Positions 1 to 10,270 of a stretch of DNA of 64,000 nt are shown piece after piece. Numbering within the stretch: the first letter of the stretch is position 1; every line of letters begins with the position of its first letter. Origin of the DNA: a virus (lineage: Duplodnaviria > Heunggongvirae > Uroviricota > Caudoviricetes); IMG/VR virus record IMGVR_UViG_3300045538_000409; one strand, written 5' to 3'. The translations under genes were made by a program, and so were the position numbers. The notes beneath the pieces are model-generated. The model saw only the letters and a list, made by a program, of their open reading frames with translations, searched no databases and was not told the origin of the DNA.

Positions 1-1
1 T

Positions 2-298
2 GGTGATGAACTGTATTCAATAATTGAAGATAAAAGTCTAAGTGATAATGAAGAAATATTTTCACAAAATCAAAAATTAAAAAATGAAATTAACAACATA
101 TTATCTAAATTAGAACCTAGAGAAAGGGAGATATTGGAATGTTATTTTGGTATTAATAGAGAATATAGTGGCATGACGTTAGAAACTATTGGTGAAAAAT
201 ATAATCTTACAAAGGAAAGGATAAGACAAATAAAAGAAAAAGCAATAAGAAAAATTCGTTTTAATGCTGATAACTTATTTAATATTTTAAACGAGTAG
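2..298 (+). CDS. RNA polymerase sigma-70 family factor, C-terminal fragment (region 4); 5' end lies outside window
   Basis: Frame-2 translation ...LEPREREILECYFGINREYSGMTLETIGEKYNLTKERIRQIKEKAIRKIRF matches the sigma-70 region 4 HTH signature. Stop TAG at 296-298. Confidence 0.75.
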   Translation, partial: GDELYSIIEDKSLSDNEEIFSQNQKLKNEINNILSKLEPREREILECYFGINREYSGMTLETIGEKYNLTKERIRQIKEKAIRKIRFNADNLFNILNE

Positions 299-315
299 CT
301 ATATTTATATATTGT

Positions 316-1593
316 ATGAAAAAGATATTATTATATTTGATATTAGTAATGGCTGTCGGAATGGCAGGTATTGTTGCTTATGTTTCCGTAGGTGGATTAC
401 TTAAAGTGTTTAGTGGGGCAGGGACTCTTGGACTATTATTTTTCTCATCTATTGAAATAGCTAAAATTGTCGCTACATCAGCAATACATACTTATGGTAA
501 GAAAATAGGTTTTATTTATAATGTATTATTATCATTGGGTATCGGTATAGCTATGCTTATAACCTCAATTGGTATTTATGGTTTCTTATCTTCAACATAT
601 AAAGAAACATTTATGAAATTGGAAAATGTTGAAGCTCAAGCATCAGTATTAATAAAACAAAGAGATGCAGTTCAGAAACAGATAGATAATATTGACAAGG
701 AAAAAGAAATAATAAATAGAAGTATTTCCGAACTTAACTCTGGATTATCTAATAATATAGTTCAATATAAAGACTCAAAAACAGGTCAAATAATTACAAA
801 TACATCTCAATCCAAAAATAAATCGATAGGAAAACAATTAGTTGATAATAGAGATAGATTAAACAAAATAGAAATTAAGTCTGATGAATTAAATACTAAG
901 TTATTCGACTTAGATAATAAGATAACTGAAGTCAGTTTGGGTAATGATAGTGCTGCTGAGTTAGGCCCGTTAAAGTACTTATCAGAAGTTACTGGTAAAA
1001 GTATGGATGAGGTTATGAAATATTTTATATTCTTATTAATTATAATAGGTGACCCAATGGCAGTATTGATGGTTATCGTATTTAACAAAGTAGTACGTAG
1101 TGAAGAAGAAGAACCAACAGTAGAAACAAAAAAAACATGGTTAAGTAATATTAAAAATCTAATAACAAATAGTAAAAACATCACACCAATGGTGTTAGAA
1201 GAAATAACACCTGACGAATTGAATGATAATGATGATACTATTATACAAGAAGAGATTAAAGCTATTGAACCAATAGATAAAAATCTAATTGATGACTTAA
1301 TTGCAAATACGTATAATGTATCCATTACAGAAACTACTAAACAAGAAAATGAAGCTCCTATTCAAGAAGCCTATATTGAGGAACCAGATGTGATTGAAGA
1401 AACTTTAAAAGAAATAGCTAAAAAAGAAGTTTTAAAAGAGATTGACATTGATGAAATTAAAGAAACAAGAGAAAGAGGATTTTCTGTAGTTGTTCCGAAT
1501 AGAAGAACAAATCACAGTGTGGATAGAATAGGTTCTAATAAAGAAATTAGGGATAAAAATAGTGATACTTTATTTTTCAAAAGAAATCGTTAA
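316..1593 (+). CDS. membrane-anchored coiled-coil protein with acidic C-terminal tail
   Basis: 425-aa ORF with two predicted N-terminal TM helices, a long coiled-coil segment and an E/D-rich tail. The antisense ORF 807..1325 is ignored. Confidence 0.5.
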   Translation: MKKILLYLILVMAVGMAGIVAYVSVGGLLKVFSGAGTLGLLFFSSIEIAKIVATSAIHTYGKKIGFIYNVLLSLGIGIAMLITSIGIYGFLSSTYKETFMKLENVEAQASVLIKQRDAVQKQIDNIDKEKEIINRSISELNSGLSNNIVQYKDSKTGQIITNTSQSKNKSIGKQLVDNRDRLNKIEIKSDELNTKLFDLDNKITEVSLGNDSAAELGPLKYLSEVTGKSMDEVMKYFIFLLIIIGDPMAVLMVIVFNKVVRSEEEEPTVETKKTWLSNIKNLITNSKNITPMVLEEITPDELNDNDDTIIQEEIKAIEPIDKNLIDDLIANTYNVSITETTKQENEAPIQEAYIEEPDVIEETLKEIAKKEVLKEIDIDEIKETRERGFSVVVPNRRTNHSVDRIGSNKEIRDKNSDTLFFKRNR

Positions 1594-2223
1594 ATGATAA
1601 TAGACTCTACCACATATAAGCTAAGTGAAAATAATTTTATAGTTGAAGGTACTAGTAAAAATAGAATAATAATAGGGTCAACTTATTGTATCGGAATGAA
1701 ACATTATAATGGATGGGTTCATCGCTATAATGGTAAGTATAAAAAAACAGCTATGTTTACTGTAGCTTTAAATGGTAAGATATATGAACATTTTTCACCA
1801 AACTATTATTCGGAGTATATGATGGATAAAAAATTAAATGAAGATAGTATAACGATATTATTAGAGAATGAAGGTTGGTTAATTAAAGATTTATTAAACG
1901 AAAACCAATACATTAACTATATTGGTAATATTTATAATAGAGAAGATTCGGTTGTAGAAAAATCTTGGAGAAATCAAAAATTTTGGGCCCCATTTACTAG
2001 TAAACAAATTAAGTCTACTATTGAACTAACCAAAAAATTATGCGAAAATTTTCAAATACCAATTGAAGCTATATCCCATAATACAAATTTTGATGAAGCT
2101 TACGATTTTAACGGAATATTATACAAGAGTAATTTTAAAAAATATTACACTGACATAAGCCCAGCATGGGATTGTGAGCTATTTAAAAATAAGTTAGAAA
2201 AAAAAGACAAAAAAAATGATTAA
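1594..2223 (+). CDS. hypothetical protein
   Basis: 209-aa ORF abutting the previous stop. Weak resemblance to amidase_2 (scattered His residues), not supported. Confidence 0.45.
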   Translation: MIIDSTTYKLSENNFIVEGTSKNRIIIGSTYCIGMKHYNGWVHRYNGKYKKTAMFTVALNGKIYEHFSPNYYSEYMMDKKLNEDSITILLENEGWLIKDLLNENQYINYIGNIYNREDSVVEKSWRNQKFWAPFTSKQIKSTIELTKKLCENFQIPIEAISHNTNFDEAYDFNGILYKSNFKKYYTDISPAWDCELFKNKLEKKDKKND

Positions 2224-2722
2224 CGAAAACGAACACGATTTTACCAAGATGATGCTTGAAACGATAAGAAAATCGAAATCATCATTATTAATAGAAAATG
2301 AAGATGCTGGAGCTAGTTTTAATAGTGAAACTTCTCAAGTACCAACAAACTCTTCAGCAACTAATAATATGTCAAACAATAGTACACCTCCAATTGATAA
2401 TAATCAGGAAGACGAAGAAGAAAATAATGAATTAACTGAAGAAGGTAAAACAGAAGCTGAAAAAATTAAACAAATGGTAGACCCATTAGTTAACACTAAA
2501 ACATTTAAAATATATCCTGAAAATGGTAATGTTGATATGTCAGGTGATTTTCAAAATGCAAAAATAAATTGGAAATTTTCTAAAAATGATGGTTTTTTTA
2601 TTGATGCTGAAAATGTTAACTTTACTGATAATGTTAAAGATATGATAGATAAACTTAGTGCTTATTATGTTAACTGGCAAAAGGAATGGGCTGGTAAAAT
2701 TGGTGAATACGTTAAAAAATAA
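2216..2722 (+). CDS. hypothetical acidic low-complexity protein
   Basis: 168-aa ORF with an N/S/E/D-rich N-terminus, overlapping the upstream stop by 8 nt. Confidence 0.4.
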   Translation: MINENEHDFTKMMLETIRKSKSSLLIENEDAGASFNSETSQVPTNSSATNNMSNNSTPPIDNNQEDEEENNELTEEGKTEAEKIKQMVDPLVNTKTFKIYPENGNVDMSGDFQNAKINWKFSKNDGFFIDAENVNFTDNVKDMIDKLSAYYVNWQKEWAGKIGEYVKK

Positions 2723-2727
2723 TTAAT

Positions 2728-3093
2728 ATGGATAAGAAAAGTTTTTTTATAATCACATTAGCAATAGCACTTATTATTAGTCTTATATTTAGACCATCTA
2801 AAACAATTGATATGTATGAGGATGAAATAAATAAATTTAAAATAGAAAATGATAAATTATTAGAAAAATGTGACAGTTTATTAAATATTAATATAAAGTT
2901 AAATTATGAAATAGGGAGATTATTAAATGATTTTGATAGTATAGGAATTAAATTAGCAAGTAATGAAAATGAAATAAATAGATTAAAAAATGGAAAAGGT
3001 AAGATTAATAATTACGTTAATACTCTTAACGCTGACGGTGTTTCAAGTGAAATCACAAAATATATCAATACGAGAAGACAAAACAAAAAATAA
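2728..3093 (+). CDS. hypothetical membrane/coiled-coil protein
   Basis: 121-aa ORF with an N-terminal TM helix and coiled coil. Confidence 0.4.
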   Translation: MDKKSFFIITLAIALIISLIFRPSKTIDMYEDEINKFKIENDKLLEKCDSLLNINIKLNYEIGRLLNDFDSIGIKLASNENEINRLKNGKGKINNYVNTLNADGVSSEITKYINTRRQNKK

Positions 3094-3475
3094 AGTAAAA
3101 ACTATAGTTAACGAAAAGGGTGACACATTAGTTCAATTACCTTATAAAGATGCTAAATTAATTTTGATTGATTTGTTAGAATGTCGATACAATGATAGTT
3201 TATTAATTACATACATTATTAGGGATAGTCTTAAAAATGATGCTATTAATATTCAAAAAGATATAATAGTTAAATTGGAAAATAAAAATAACAATTTAGA
3301 AGTTATAATTGATAATTTAACCAAGGTTATAGAAAATAAAGATGCTGTAATTGGATTTAAAGCTAAAATAATCGAAGACCAGAAAAAAGAAATTAGAAAA
3401 CAAAAAACTTATAAAATTATAGGTATAACTGGAGCAATAGTGTTACCTATATTAGTATTAATTTATGGAGGGTAG
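2990..3475 (+). CDS. hypothetical protein with signal-like N-terminus and C-terminal TM helix
   Basis: 161-aa ORF. Overlaps the previous ORF in another frame, so the true start is uncertain. Confidence 0.35.
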   Translation: MEKVRLIITLILLTLTVFQVKSQNISIREDKTKNKVKTIVNEKGDTLVQLPYKDAKLILIDLLECRYNDSLLITYIIRDSLKNDAINIQKDIIVKLENKNNNLEVIIDNLTKVIENKDAVIGFKAKIIEDQKKEIRKQKTYKIIGITGAIVLPILVLIYGG

Positions 3476-3477
3476 AC

Positions 3478-3678
3478 ATGGGAAGCAACCATATGCATTA
3501 TTTATTAACAAATACAGTTAAAAAAAATAATAAGGAAAATATTCCAACACATGACCCTTACACTGGTGAATTAAACCCCTATTACGAGGAATTGACTGGT
3601 GAAAAGAATCCGTATGCATTTAAAGTTGAAACTATCGATAAATTAATAGAATATTACGAGAATTCAATTCAATTATAA
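3478..3678 (+). CDS. hypothetical protein
   Basis: 66-aa ORF followed by an intrinsic terminator. Confidence 0.4.
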   Translation: MGSNHMHYLLTNTVKKNNKENIPTHDPYTGELNPYYEELTGEKNPYAFKVETIDKLIEYYENSIQL

Positions 3679-3696
3679 AATATTTATTATTAAATT

Positions 3697-3722
3697 AAAC
3701 CCTGGTTTCAGGGTTTTTTTGT
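3697..3722 (+). terminator. intrinsic terminator
   Basis: AAACCCTG-GTTT-CAGGGTTTTTTT. Confidence 0.7.
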
Positions 3723-3753
3723 TATTTATAAATATTTATAATTAAAACCATAT

Positions 3754-4008
3754 ATGAAAGATTTAATAAAAAAAAGACTCAACGAAGATTTCACCAAAAC
3801 TGACGCTAAAGACGTGGTAAAGAAGTATATGGATTCCAATGAATTTAAGAGCAAGGTTGAAAAAATAATTAAAGATAGAATAAATAACGATAAAGCGTTA
3901 GAAGATAAAGTTGTTGAGATAAGTAGAAACGTATTAACGCAACTTTATAAAGCGTTATGGATAAAAAGAACGGTGTGGAAATCTATGCTATCAAATAAAG
4001 GTAATTAA
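3754..4008 (+). CDS. hypothetical protein with CTS-like N-terminus (MKDLIKKRLNE)
   Basis: 84-aa ORF. Its N-terminus matches the recurrent MKxLIKKxLxE motif. Confidence 0.45.
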   Translation: MKDLIKKRLNEDFTKTDAKDVVKKYMDSNEFKSKVEKIIKDRINNDKALEDKVVEISRNVLTQLYKALWIKRTVWKSMLSNKGN

Positions 4009-4009
4009 T

Positions 4010-5809
4010 ATGAAAAAAATTAAGATAACTGAGCAACAAGCTAAAATGCTTAAAGAATTAAAAAAGAAAAAAGTTCTTAAGGTTACCCAAGAACAATATG
4101 AGTTAATTGCTAAACTTGAGCAATTAAATGAAACTGACCCAATCACTATAGAGTTTAATAAAAACTTATCACCAGGAGCTAAAAAACAATTTAATACTAC
4201 AAGACTGCCTGAAAGTATAAAAGAGATGTATAAAGAATTCATTAATGAATTATATAACATTAATGAAGATACTGAAAAAAAATATGAAAATTTAATTAAG
4301 TTAATGGAAGTTAGTGGTTATATAACCAAGAACAAGATAGTAAAAGAAAAGTTCAATGGGGATAAGAGTATTGTTGAATATGCTATATGTGAAGGTCTTT
4401 ACGAAATGAGTAATGGCTCCAGTCATTATAGAGCTATGGAGAGAATTGAGGAGGCTTTAAGTGACTATAAGTCTACCTATAATATAACATCGTTACAACG
4501 ACAAGCAAAAGAAATACCAACAGAAAAAGAAATAAAGGATAAGTTAGATTACTATAGAAACAGAGAACTAAATAGAAGAGAAGAAGAAGAATCTGATTGG
4601 GACAAAATGTTAAATAGAAGTAAACAATTGGAAGAAATGGATAATTACCCAATGGGCGCATCTGATGACCCTAGAGCACCATTTAATCAAACTAATAATG
4701 TAAATGAACCAAATACCCCACAAAACGTAATTTACACTGTTGAATGGTATGATGATGATGGTGGTGATAATGCTATATTGAAAAAGGGTGATGAATTATT
4801 TTTATTTAACATGGGTTCAGTTAGTAAAGATGATTATTCTAAATACGCAGAAAGAGAAATAACTACAGATTATGATGAAGAGGGACCATACAGTTTAAAT
4901 TCTGATGAATTTAAAGTGGATGGTGATGTTGTTGAAAGATATATAAATGATAATCTAACTAACTTATCAATTGGTGATGGTTATCAACATTATGAACAAG
5001 GTATTTATGATATAGTTAAATTTGATGATGAGTTAAAGGAACTATTTAGTGATGAATTAAGAAATGTTTCTACATTTAACGAAGTAACAACTGATTCTGG
5101 TTCATACGTTGGTTTATTTAGTGGTAAAGAATACGAATCAAATGTTTCAGGTGAAATGAATAAATTACTTACCAATGAAACTGAGATAGAAGGTGATAAA
5201 GTTGAAATTAACATTGATAATTCTGATATATATAAAAAAATAATAAACTTATTACAAGAAATTATTAATAGTCGAGCAGTAGCACCATCAGTAATAGAAA
5301 AAAATGCTAACAAATTAAAAATAATTATTGGTTTTTTAATTGACTTACAATATTCTTCACAACAAGAAAAATTAGTCTACGGAAAACATTTACCTGAGAT
5401 GATTAAAAAATTAATAAGTTATAGTAAAATGGTTCATAAAGACTTCGGTGCTTTTATAGAGCAAATTGGGAAGGTATATTACACACTTGAAGAACTTAAA
5501 AAAGATTTAAACGATATACCATCAACATTACACAGTGTTATGGAAGAACAAGGTATTGGTTCAGTTCCCTATTTCGATACCAACCCATTTAATGGCACTA
5601 AGTTAGGTCCTAATAATGAGAAAGGTAAAGGACCAACACATAAAGAAACAATGATACCAGGTGGTTCATTTGTAGAAATAAATGACAAGTGTAAAAAATT
5701 TCCTTATTGTAACTTAGATAGTAACGCTATTGTTAAAATTGTAGCTGAAGAAACTGAACGAAGTATTGAAGAGGTGAAAAAAATAATTAATAACTTTAAA
5801 CAAAAATAA
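4010..5809 (+). CDS. hypothetical large protein (possible virion component)
   Basis: 599-aa ORF with no recognizable catalytic motif. Confidence 0.55.
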   Translation: MKKIKITEQQAKMLKELKKKKVLKVTQEQYELIAKLEQLNETDPITIEFNKNLSPGAKKQFNTTRLPESIKEMYKEFINELYNINEDTEKKYENLIKLMEVSGYITKNKIVKEKFNGDKSIVEYAICEGLYEMSNGSSHYRAMERIEEALSDYKSTYNITSLQRQAKEIPTEKEIKDKLDYYRNRELNRREEEESDWDKMLNRSKQLEEMDNYPMGASDDPRAPFNQTNNVNEPNTPQNVIYTVEWYDDDGGDNAILKKGDELFLFNMGSVSKDDYSKYAEREITTDYDEEGPYSLNSDEFKVDGDVVERYINDNLTNLSIGDGYQHYEQGIYDIVKFDDELKELFSDELRNVSTFNEVTTDSGSYVGLFSGKEYESNVSGEMNKLLTNETEIEGDKVEINIDNSDIYKKIINLLQEIINSRAVAPSVIEKNANKLKIIIGFLIDLQYSSQQEKLVYGKHLPEMIKKLISYSKMVHKDFGAFIEQIGKVYYTLEELKKDLNDIPSTLHSVMEEQGIGSVPYFDTNPFNGTKLGPNNEKGKGPTHKETMIPGGSFVEINDKCKKFPYCNLDSNAIVKIVAEETERSIEEVKKIINNFKQK

Positions 5810-5833
5810 GATATTTATAATATAAAGATAGCT

Positions 5834-7558
5834 ATGAACAAAAATATAATTAAAAAACACTTAACTGAAACTTTCTTATCAGAAGATAAAAAACCAGATA
5901 GTTTAAGTAGTACTGAGAAAATTCAATCAGACTCTAAAAAAATAAATAGCGACAATCAAAACGAAGTTGCTAAAAAAATGAAAAGCTACGAAGAACCAAT
6001 CGAAGCTGAAACTGAACCTGTTAAATATAAAAATAACGAAGACCAACAAGAGTACCATGATGAAATGGAAATTATGAATGGTTTGGAAATGAATAGATTT
6101 GATAACGAACCAGCTAAACAGTTTAAAGAAAGAGCGGAAGAGGCTATTAGTGGCTCCGCAAGGATGGGTAATTCACCAGAATGGGCCAATGTTATTACTG
6201 CTGACCAAGCTGGTTTCACTGGACCTGAGTTTGGTAAAAACTTAGTTAAAAAAATTAAGTCATCTAAAGAAAAAAGAGATACTGCTGAAGCTAACAGAAA
6301 TCATAACAAAACTAGTGTTAGTGGTACTGACTTTAAAGATAGTGCTATGGGTAATAAAAACCCTAAAAGTATGGCGATAAGTGAAAATAAAAAAATAAAT
6401 GAAGGTCTTACTGAAAAGGGTCTTTTAACTTTAGGTAATTGGGTTAAAGAATTAGGTGCAGATAAAGCAGCTGTTAAATTAATCGATAAGGTTAGTGAAA
6501 CGGGTATAGTTTCATCTTTCCCAGATTCTATGGAATACGGCGAAGGCTTAAACATTGTGTCAAAACACTTAGCAAATGGTAAATATGATGCTGCTTATAA
6601 AAAAGCAAAATCATTAGCTAATAAATTAGAGAAAAAAGGTATGGGTGGTATGTTTGAAAATGTAAATGAAGGTAGACCATTCCAATTAGGTAAGGGTTAT
6701 ACTCATTTTGCGATATTTAAACTAGATGGTAAAATTGCAACTGGCTGGGATTATAAATCACTTTACGATAAACATGAAAAAGCTTACGATGATGAAAGTA
6801 TTAAAGAATATGCAAGACATGATATCGTGGATGATTTTCCAGATAACAAGTTAAGTGATTTCAAAATAGTTACCAGAGGTTATTTAGAAAAAAAGAACAT
6901 AGATATATCAGATTCTAATAATTGGTTTAAACCAAACATAAATAAAGATGATAATACAATAGAAATAAATGAAAGTATGAAAAGACTTGTATTTAAAAAA
7001 GAATTTAAGGGTGTTGAAAACGCATTAAGATTAATACCTGAATCTTATAAGGTTAATAATAAACAATTCCAAATGACTGATGGTAATGAGAAGTATGAAA
7101 TCAGATGGGAAGGAAATTTAACTGAAGGTAGAGCTATTATTACTAAGGCTTCTGACAAGAACCTTATGACTGAAGATATGCAAAAAATGAAACATCTTAT
7201 GGGTTATAAGTCTCAAGACACTCTTGGTATCATGAAGGGTCAAAATAGAATAGATGAAAATAAAGCGTTTGGTAAAATTTGGGATAAAACAAAAAATTTA
7301 TTAAATGAACAAATTGAAATAGATTCTACTAGTGATTTATATTCTAAATTTGGTGAAGATTATCCATATGCTAGCGATGCTGTTGCAAAATTTATATTCG
7401 GTTATAATGAAATTGATAATGAAATTGTTAATGCAATTAAAAATAACAAATTGGATGAATATGAATTAAGCGAATTTATGTTAGATTATGAATATTCGTG
7501 GGAAGAGAATATGGAAACAATAAATGATTATGTAAAAAATTTAATTAACAATAACTAA
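5834..7558 (+). CDS. hypothetical protein; C-terminal domain paralogous to the next gene; N-terminus MNKNIIKKHLTE is CTS-like
   Basis: 574-aa ORF. Residues ~390-500 (LIPESYKVNNKQFQMTDGNEKYEIRWEG...MKHLMGYKSQDTLG) align with the N-terminus of ORF 7560..8441. Confidence 0.55.
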   Translation: MNKNIIKKHLTETFLSEDKKPDSLSSTEKIQSDSKKINSDNQNEVAKKMKSYEEPIEAETEPVKYKNNEDQQEYHDEMEIMNGLEMNRFDNEPAKQFKERAEEAISGSARMGNSPEWANVITADQAGFTGPEFGKNLVKKIKSSKEKRDTAEANRNHNKTSVSGTDFKDSAMGNKNPKSMAISENKKINEGLTEKGLLTLGNWVKELGADKAAVKLIDKVSETGIVSSFPDSMEYGEGLNIVSKHLANGKYDAAYKKAKSLANKLEKKGMGGMFENVNEGRPFQLGKGYTHFAIFKLDGKIATGWDYKSLYDKHEKAYDDESIKEYARHDIVDDFPDNKLSDFKIVTRGYLEKKNIDISDSNNWFKPNINKDDNTIEINESMKRLVFKKEFKGVENALRLIPESYKVNNKQFQMTDGNEKYEIRWEGNLTEGRAIITKASDKNLMTEDMQKMKHLMGYKSQDTLGIMKGQNRIDENKAFGKIWDKTKNLLNEQIEIDSTSDLYSKFGEDYPYASDAVAKFIFGYNEIDNEIVNAIKNNKLDEYELSEFMLDYEYSWEENMETINDYVKNLINNN

Positions 7559-7559
7559 C

Positions 7560-8441
7560 ATGAAAAGACTTAAATTTAAAAAACCATTCAATGGAATGGA
7601 TAACGCAAAGAAGCTTATTCCAGAATCTTATAAGATTGATGGTAACGAGTTCGAAATAACTGATGGTAATGAAACTTATAGAGTTAAGTGGGAATCAGGT
7701 ATAAATGAAGGTACAATACTTTCATCATCTAATAAGGTTCAGATTAATGAGGACATGAAGAAGATGAAACACTTAATGGGTTTTAAATCTCAAGAGACAT
7801 TGGGAACCCTTAAAGGTAAAGAAAGAATTAACGAAAACAACAAATTTAGTGATGTATTCAATAAATCAAAGAAATTAATCAACGAAATGACTGTAGGTTA
7901 TGGATTTTCAAATGAAGGTAACCTTGAAGGACACGAAACCAATGAAGAATTCCATGATGAATCTTTAAAAGAAATGGACGGCGGAATGGAATCAGGAGTT
8001 TCAAGTATAGCTGATATCGCAAAAGAGCTTAAAAGTAAAGGGGCATCAATTAGTAAAGCTAATTTTACCACAAAAGAAAGAATGATTGTTGGTAAATTAT
8101 TAGATATTGTTGATGAGTTGTCTAAAGAATCTAATGGTTTTTCATCTCAAGTATTAACTAAATTAGAAGGATTAACTAGTGCAATAGATACTGCTATAAC
8201 AAAGAGTCCAACTCAAGGTGATGCAACTACTAGTTCAATTGGTGGTAATTCATCTAATATGGGGTTTAATGAATCTGAAGAATGTAATGAATGTGGCGAT
8301 AAGTACGAAATGGATAGATTTGATGAAATATTTGCAGGTATGTATGAGGAAGGTGAAGATTTCCCAGATTTAACTGGTGATGGTAAAGTAACTCAAGCTG
8401 ATATCCTTAAAGGTAGAGGAGTTTTTGAAGATGAAGAATAA
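7560..8441 (+). CDS. hypothetical protein, tandem paralog of the C-terminal domain of the upstream gene
   Basis: 293-aa ORF. LIPESYKIDGNEFEITDGNETYRVKWES...MKHLMGFKSQETLG is clearly homologous to the upstream protein. Confidence 0.55.
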   Translation: MKRLKFKKPFNGMDNAKKLIPESYKIDGNEFEITDGNETYRVKWESGINEGTILSSSNKVQINEDMKKMKHLMGFKSQETLGTLKGKERINENNKFSDVFNKSKKLINEMTVGYGFSNEGNLEGHETNEEFHDESLKEMDGGMESGVSSIADIAKELKSKGASISKANFTTKERMIVGKLLDIVDELSKESNGFSSQVLTKLEGLTSAIDTAITKSPTQGDATTSSIGGNSSNMGFNESEECNECGDKYEMDRFDEIFAGMYEEGEDFPDLTGDGKVTQADILKGRGVFEDEE

Positions 8442-8463
8442 TTTTTAATATTAAAATAAATTT

Positions 8464-8493
8464 ACCTCTCCCCTAAAAAGGAGAGGTTTTTTT
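8464..8493 (+). terminator. intrinsic terminator
   Basis: ACCTCTCC-CCTAAAAA-GGAGAGGTTTTTTT. Confidence 0.75.
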
Positions 8494-8527
8494 ATTTTAC
8501 AAGATATTTATTATAAAATAATTTACC

Positions 8528-9064
8528 ATGGAAAAAGAAGTTTCAAAATATGTTACTTATGACGAAGTAATACATAGTAATACAGCTATAGCTAATAAAT
8601 TAAAGAATGAACCAACTGAGCAACAATTGGAATTAATAAAAGCATTATGTGTTAATGTTTTTGATAAACTTAGAGAACATTCTGGAGCAGCAATTAAAAT
8701 TAACTCAATATTTAGGGGGCCTCAATTAAATAAACATATTGGTGGCTCTAAAACCTCACAACATTGTGTTGGATTAGACCCTAAATTAAATAGTTACGGT
8801 GCGGCAATAGATATCGATGATGAATATTGGAAAAGAGGTGTTAATAAAATGAATAATACTGAGATGGGGTATTGGATAAAAGATAATTTAGATTTTGACC
8901 AAATTATTTTTGAAGTCCCAATTAATGGATATCCTAGCTGGATACATGTTTCTTATAGACCAGATGGTAAAAATAGAAAACAAGCATTAATATATATCAA
9001 TAAGAAGTATATACCATATGTTGGTAACGAACATTTAATTAAAAATCCTGATTTAGATAAATAA
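8528..9064 (+). CDS. peptidase M15-family cell-wall hydrolase (L-alanyl-D-glutamate peptidase-type endolysin)
   Basis: SIFRGPQLNKHIGGSKTSQHCVGLD...GAAIDID matches the M15 motif R-x-x-N-x-x-V-G-G-x-x-x-S-x-H-x-x-G-x-A-x-D. Confidence 0.7.
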   Translation: MEKEVSKYVTYDEVIHSNTAIANKLKNEPTEQQLELIKALCVNVFDKLREHSGAAIKINSIFRGPQLNKHIGGSKTSQHCVGLDPKLNSYGAAIDIDDEYWKRGVNKMNNTEMGYWIKDNLDFDQIIFEVPINGYPSWIHVSYRPDGKNRKQALIYINKKYIPYVGNEHLIKNPDLDK

Positions 9065-9103
9065 TATTTATTTTTAATTATATTATAGTATATTAGTAAT
9101 GTA

Positions 9104-9580
9104 ATGGAAAATACAAATAAAACAATAAAATTCTTGAACTATATAAAGACACCATTAAGTGAAAGTAGTATCGCTGTATTGTTAAGTGCTAACTGCATAA
9201 GATACGAGCGCATTCAATTGTACAATGATTTTGTTCAATCACTATTTCATTTAATATTTGATACTTATATGGGTGACAATTTCACATCGGAACCAAACAG
9301 GTTTGCACACTTTAAATGGTGTTGGGATAGAAATATCAATAACTTTAAAAATGAAGGTATTATATTCGAAAACACGGAAGAAGCTTACGATTATTTTTTA
9401 GAATTTATCTATGAGATTTACTACTCTGTACTAGAAAAAGAAAATAAACCAAAAATGACTAATACTATATGTGAGTTATGGGAAAAGTTATTTTCACAAA
9501 ATACAATAAAAACACGTTCAGATGTCGATAATTTTCTAGATGTTTATAAAATTTTAGATAATTCCTTAAAAAAGTCGTAA
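9104..9580 (+). CDS. hypothetical protein
   Basis: 158-aa ORF. Confidence 0.45.
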   Translation: MENTNKTIKFLNYIKTPLSESSIAVLLSANCIRYERIQLYNDFVQSLFHLIFDTYMGDNFTSEPNRFAHFKWCWDRNINNFKNEGIIFENTEEAYDYFLEFIYEIYYSVLEKENKPKMTNTICELWEKLFSQNTIKTRSDVDNFLDVYKILDNSLKKS

Positions 9581-9631
9581 AAAATATCATTTAGACTTGA
9601 TTTCCATAAAAACATCATCTATAATAGAGTC

Positions 9632-9841
9632 ATGAGAATAATACAATTAGTGACATCTAGTTTAGCTTTAGATAAAATGAAAGCTGAAGAAAAACTTCAG
9701 TCAGTAATTAATTCTAACGATGATATTGACAAGAAACTTAATAAAATTAAAAAAATATTAAGTGAGGTTGTTAATATTGACAACATGATTCGTAAATGGA
9801 TGGAATACTTACCGTCTGAAGAATCAAATAATAATAATTAA
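9632..9841 (+). CDS. hypothetical protein
   Basis: 69-aa ORF. Confidence 0.4.
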   Translation: MRIIQLVTSSLALDKMKAEEKLQSVINSNDDIDKKLNKIKKILSEVVNIDNMIRKWMEYLPSEESNNNN

Positions 9842-9862
9842 ATAAAAAAAAATCAAAAAAAT

Positions 9863-10035
9863 GGAAAAATTTGAAAATTTAAAAGCATTAGTTGCTAGCA
9901 TTGAAGAAGACGTTAAAAAATTTAACGAAAAAAGTAATAAGTCTGCAGGTACAAGAGTAAGACAAGTTTTACAACAAATTAAATCGGTATCTCAAGAACT
10001 TAGAAAAGAGATTTCTGAAAAAAAGAATGGTTAAT
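9863..10035 (+). CDS. small basic DNA-binding protein, resembles Bacteroidetes histone H1-like family
   Basis: 57-aa ORF not in the track: MEKFENLKALVASIEEDVKKFNEKSNKSAGTRVRQVLQQIKSVSQELRKEISEKKNG. Composition and motifs are typical of the short 'histone H1-like' proteins annotated in Bacteroidetes. Confidence 0.4.
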
Positions 10036-10045
10036 AAATTAAGTT

Positions 10046-10258
10046 ATGCAGATAGATATACTCAATAAAATATTATTAATGTTTTTTGTAATGTGCTCAC
10101 TAAATATAGTGAGACACTTTTATTATTTTACACAAGCTTGGGTTAAGTCTGATAGTGACAATCCAGAAAAGTATAAAATTAATACTATTTCATTATGGAT
10201 TTTGAGTATATCTATTGCATACATCGTAACATCATTAGTACAAGGTGTTTTTGTTTAA
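10046..10258 (+). CDS. small membrane protein
   Basis: 70-aa ORF with two TM helices. Confidence 0.4.
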   Translation: MQIDILNKILLMFFVMCSLNIVRHFYYFTQAWVKSDSDNPEKYKINTISLWILSISIAYIVTSLVQGVFV

Positions 10259-10270
10259 ATAAAAAAATAT

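Noticed and set aside
807-1325. 172-aa minus-strand ORF
   Set aside because: Embedded antisense within ORF 316..1593, with low-complexity sequence.
1594-2223. N-acetylmuramoyl-L-alanine amidase (amidase_2/PGRP) call for ORF 1594..2223
   Set aside because: Only scattered His residues. No H-x(n)-H...C-P zinc-binding pattern could be aligned convincingly.
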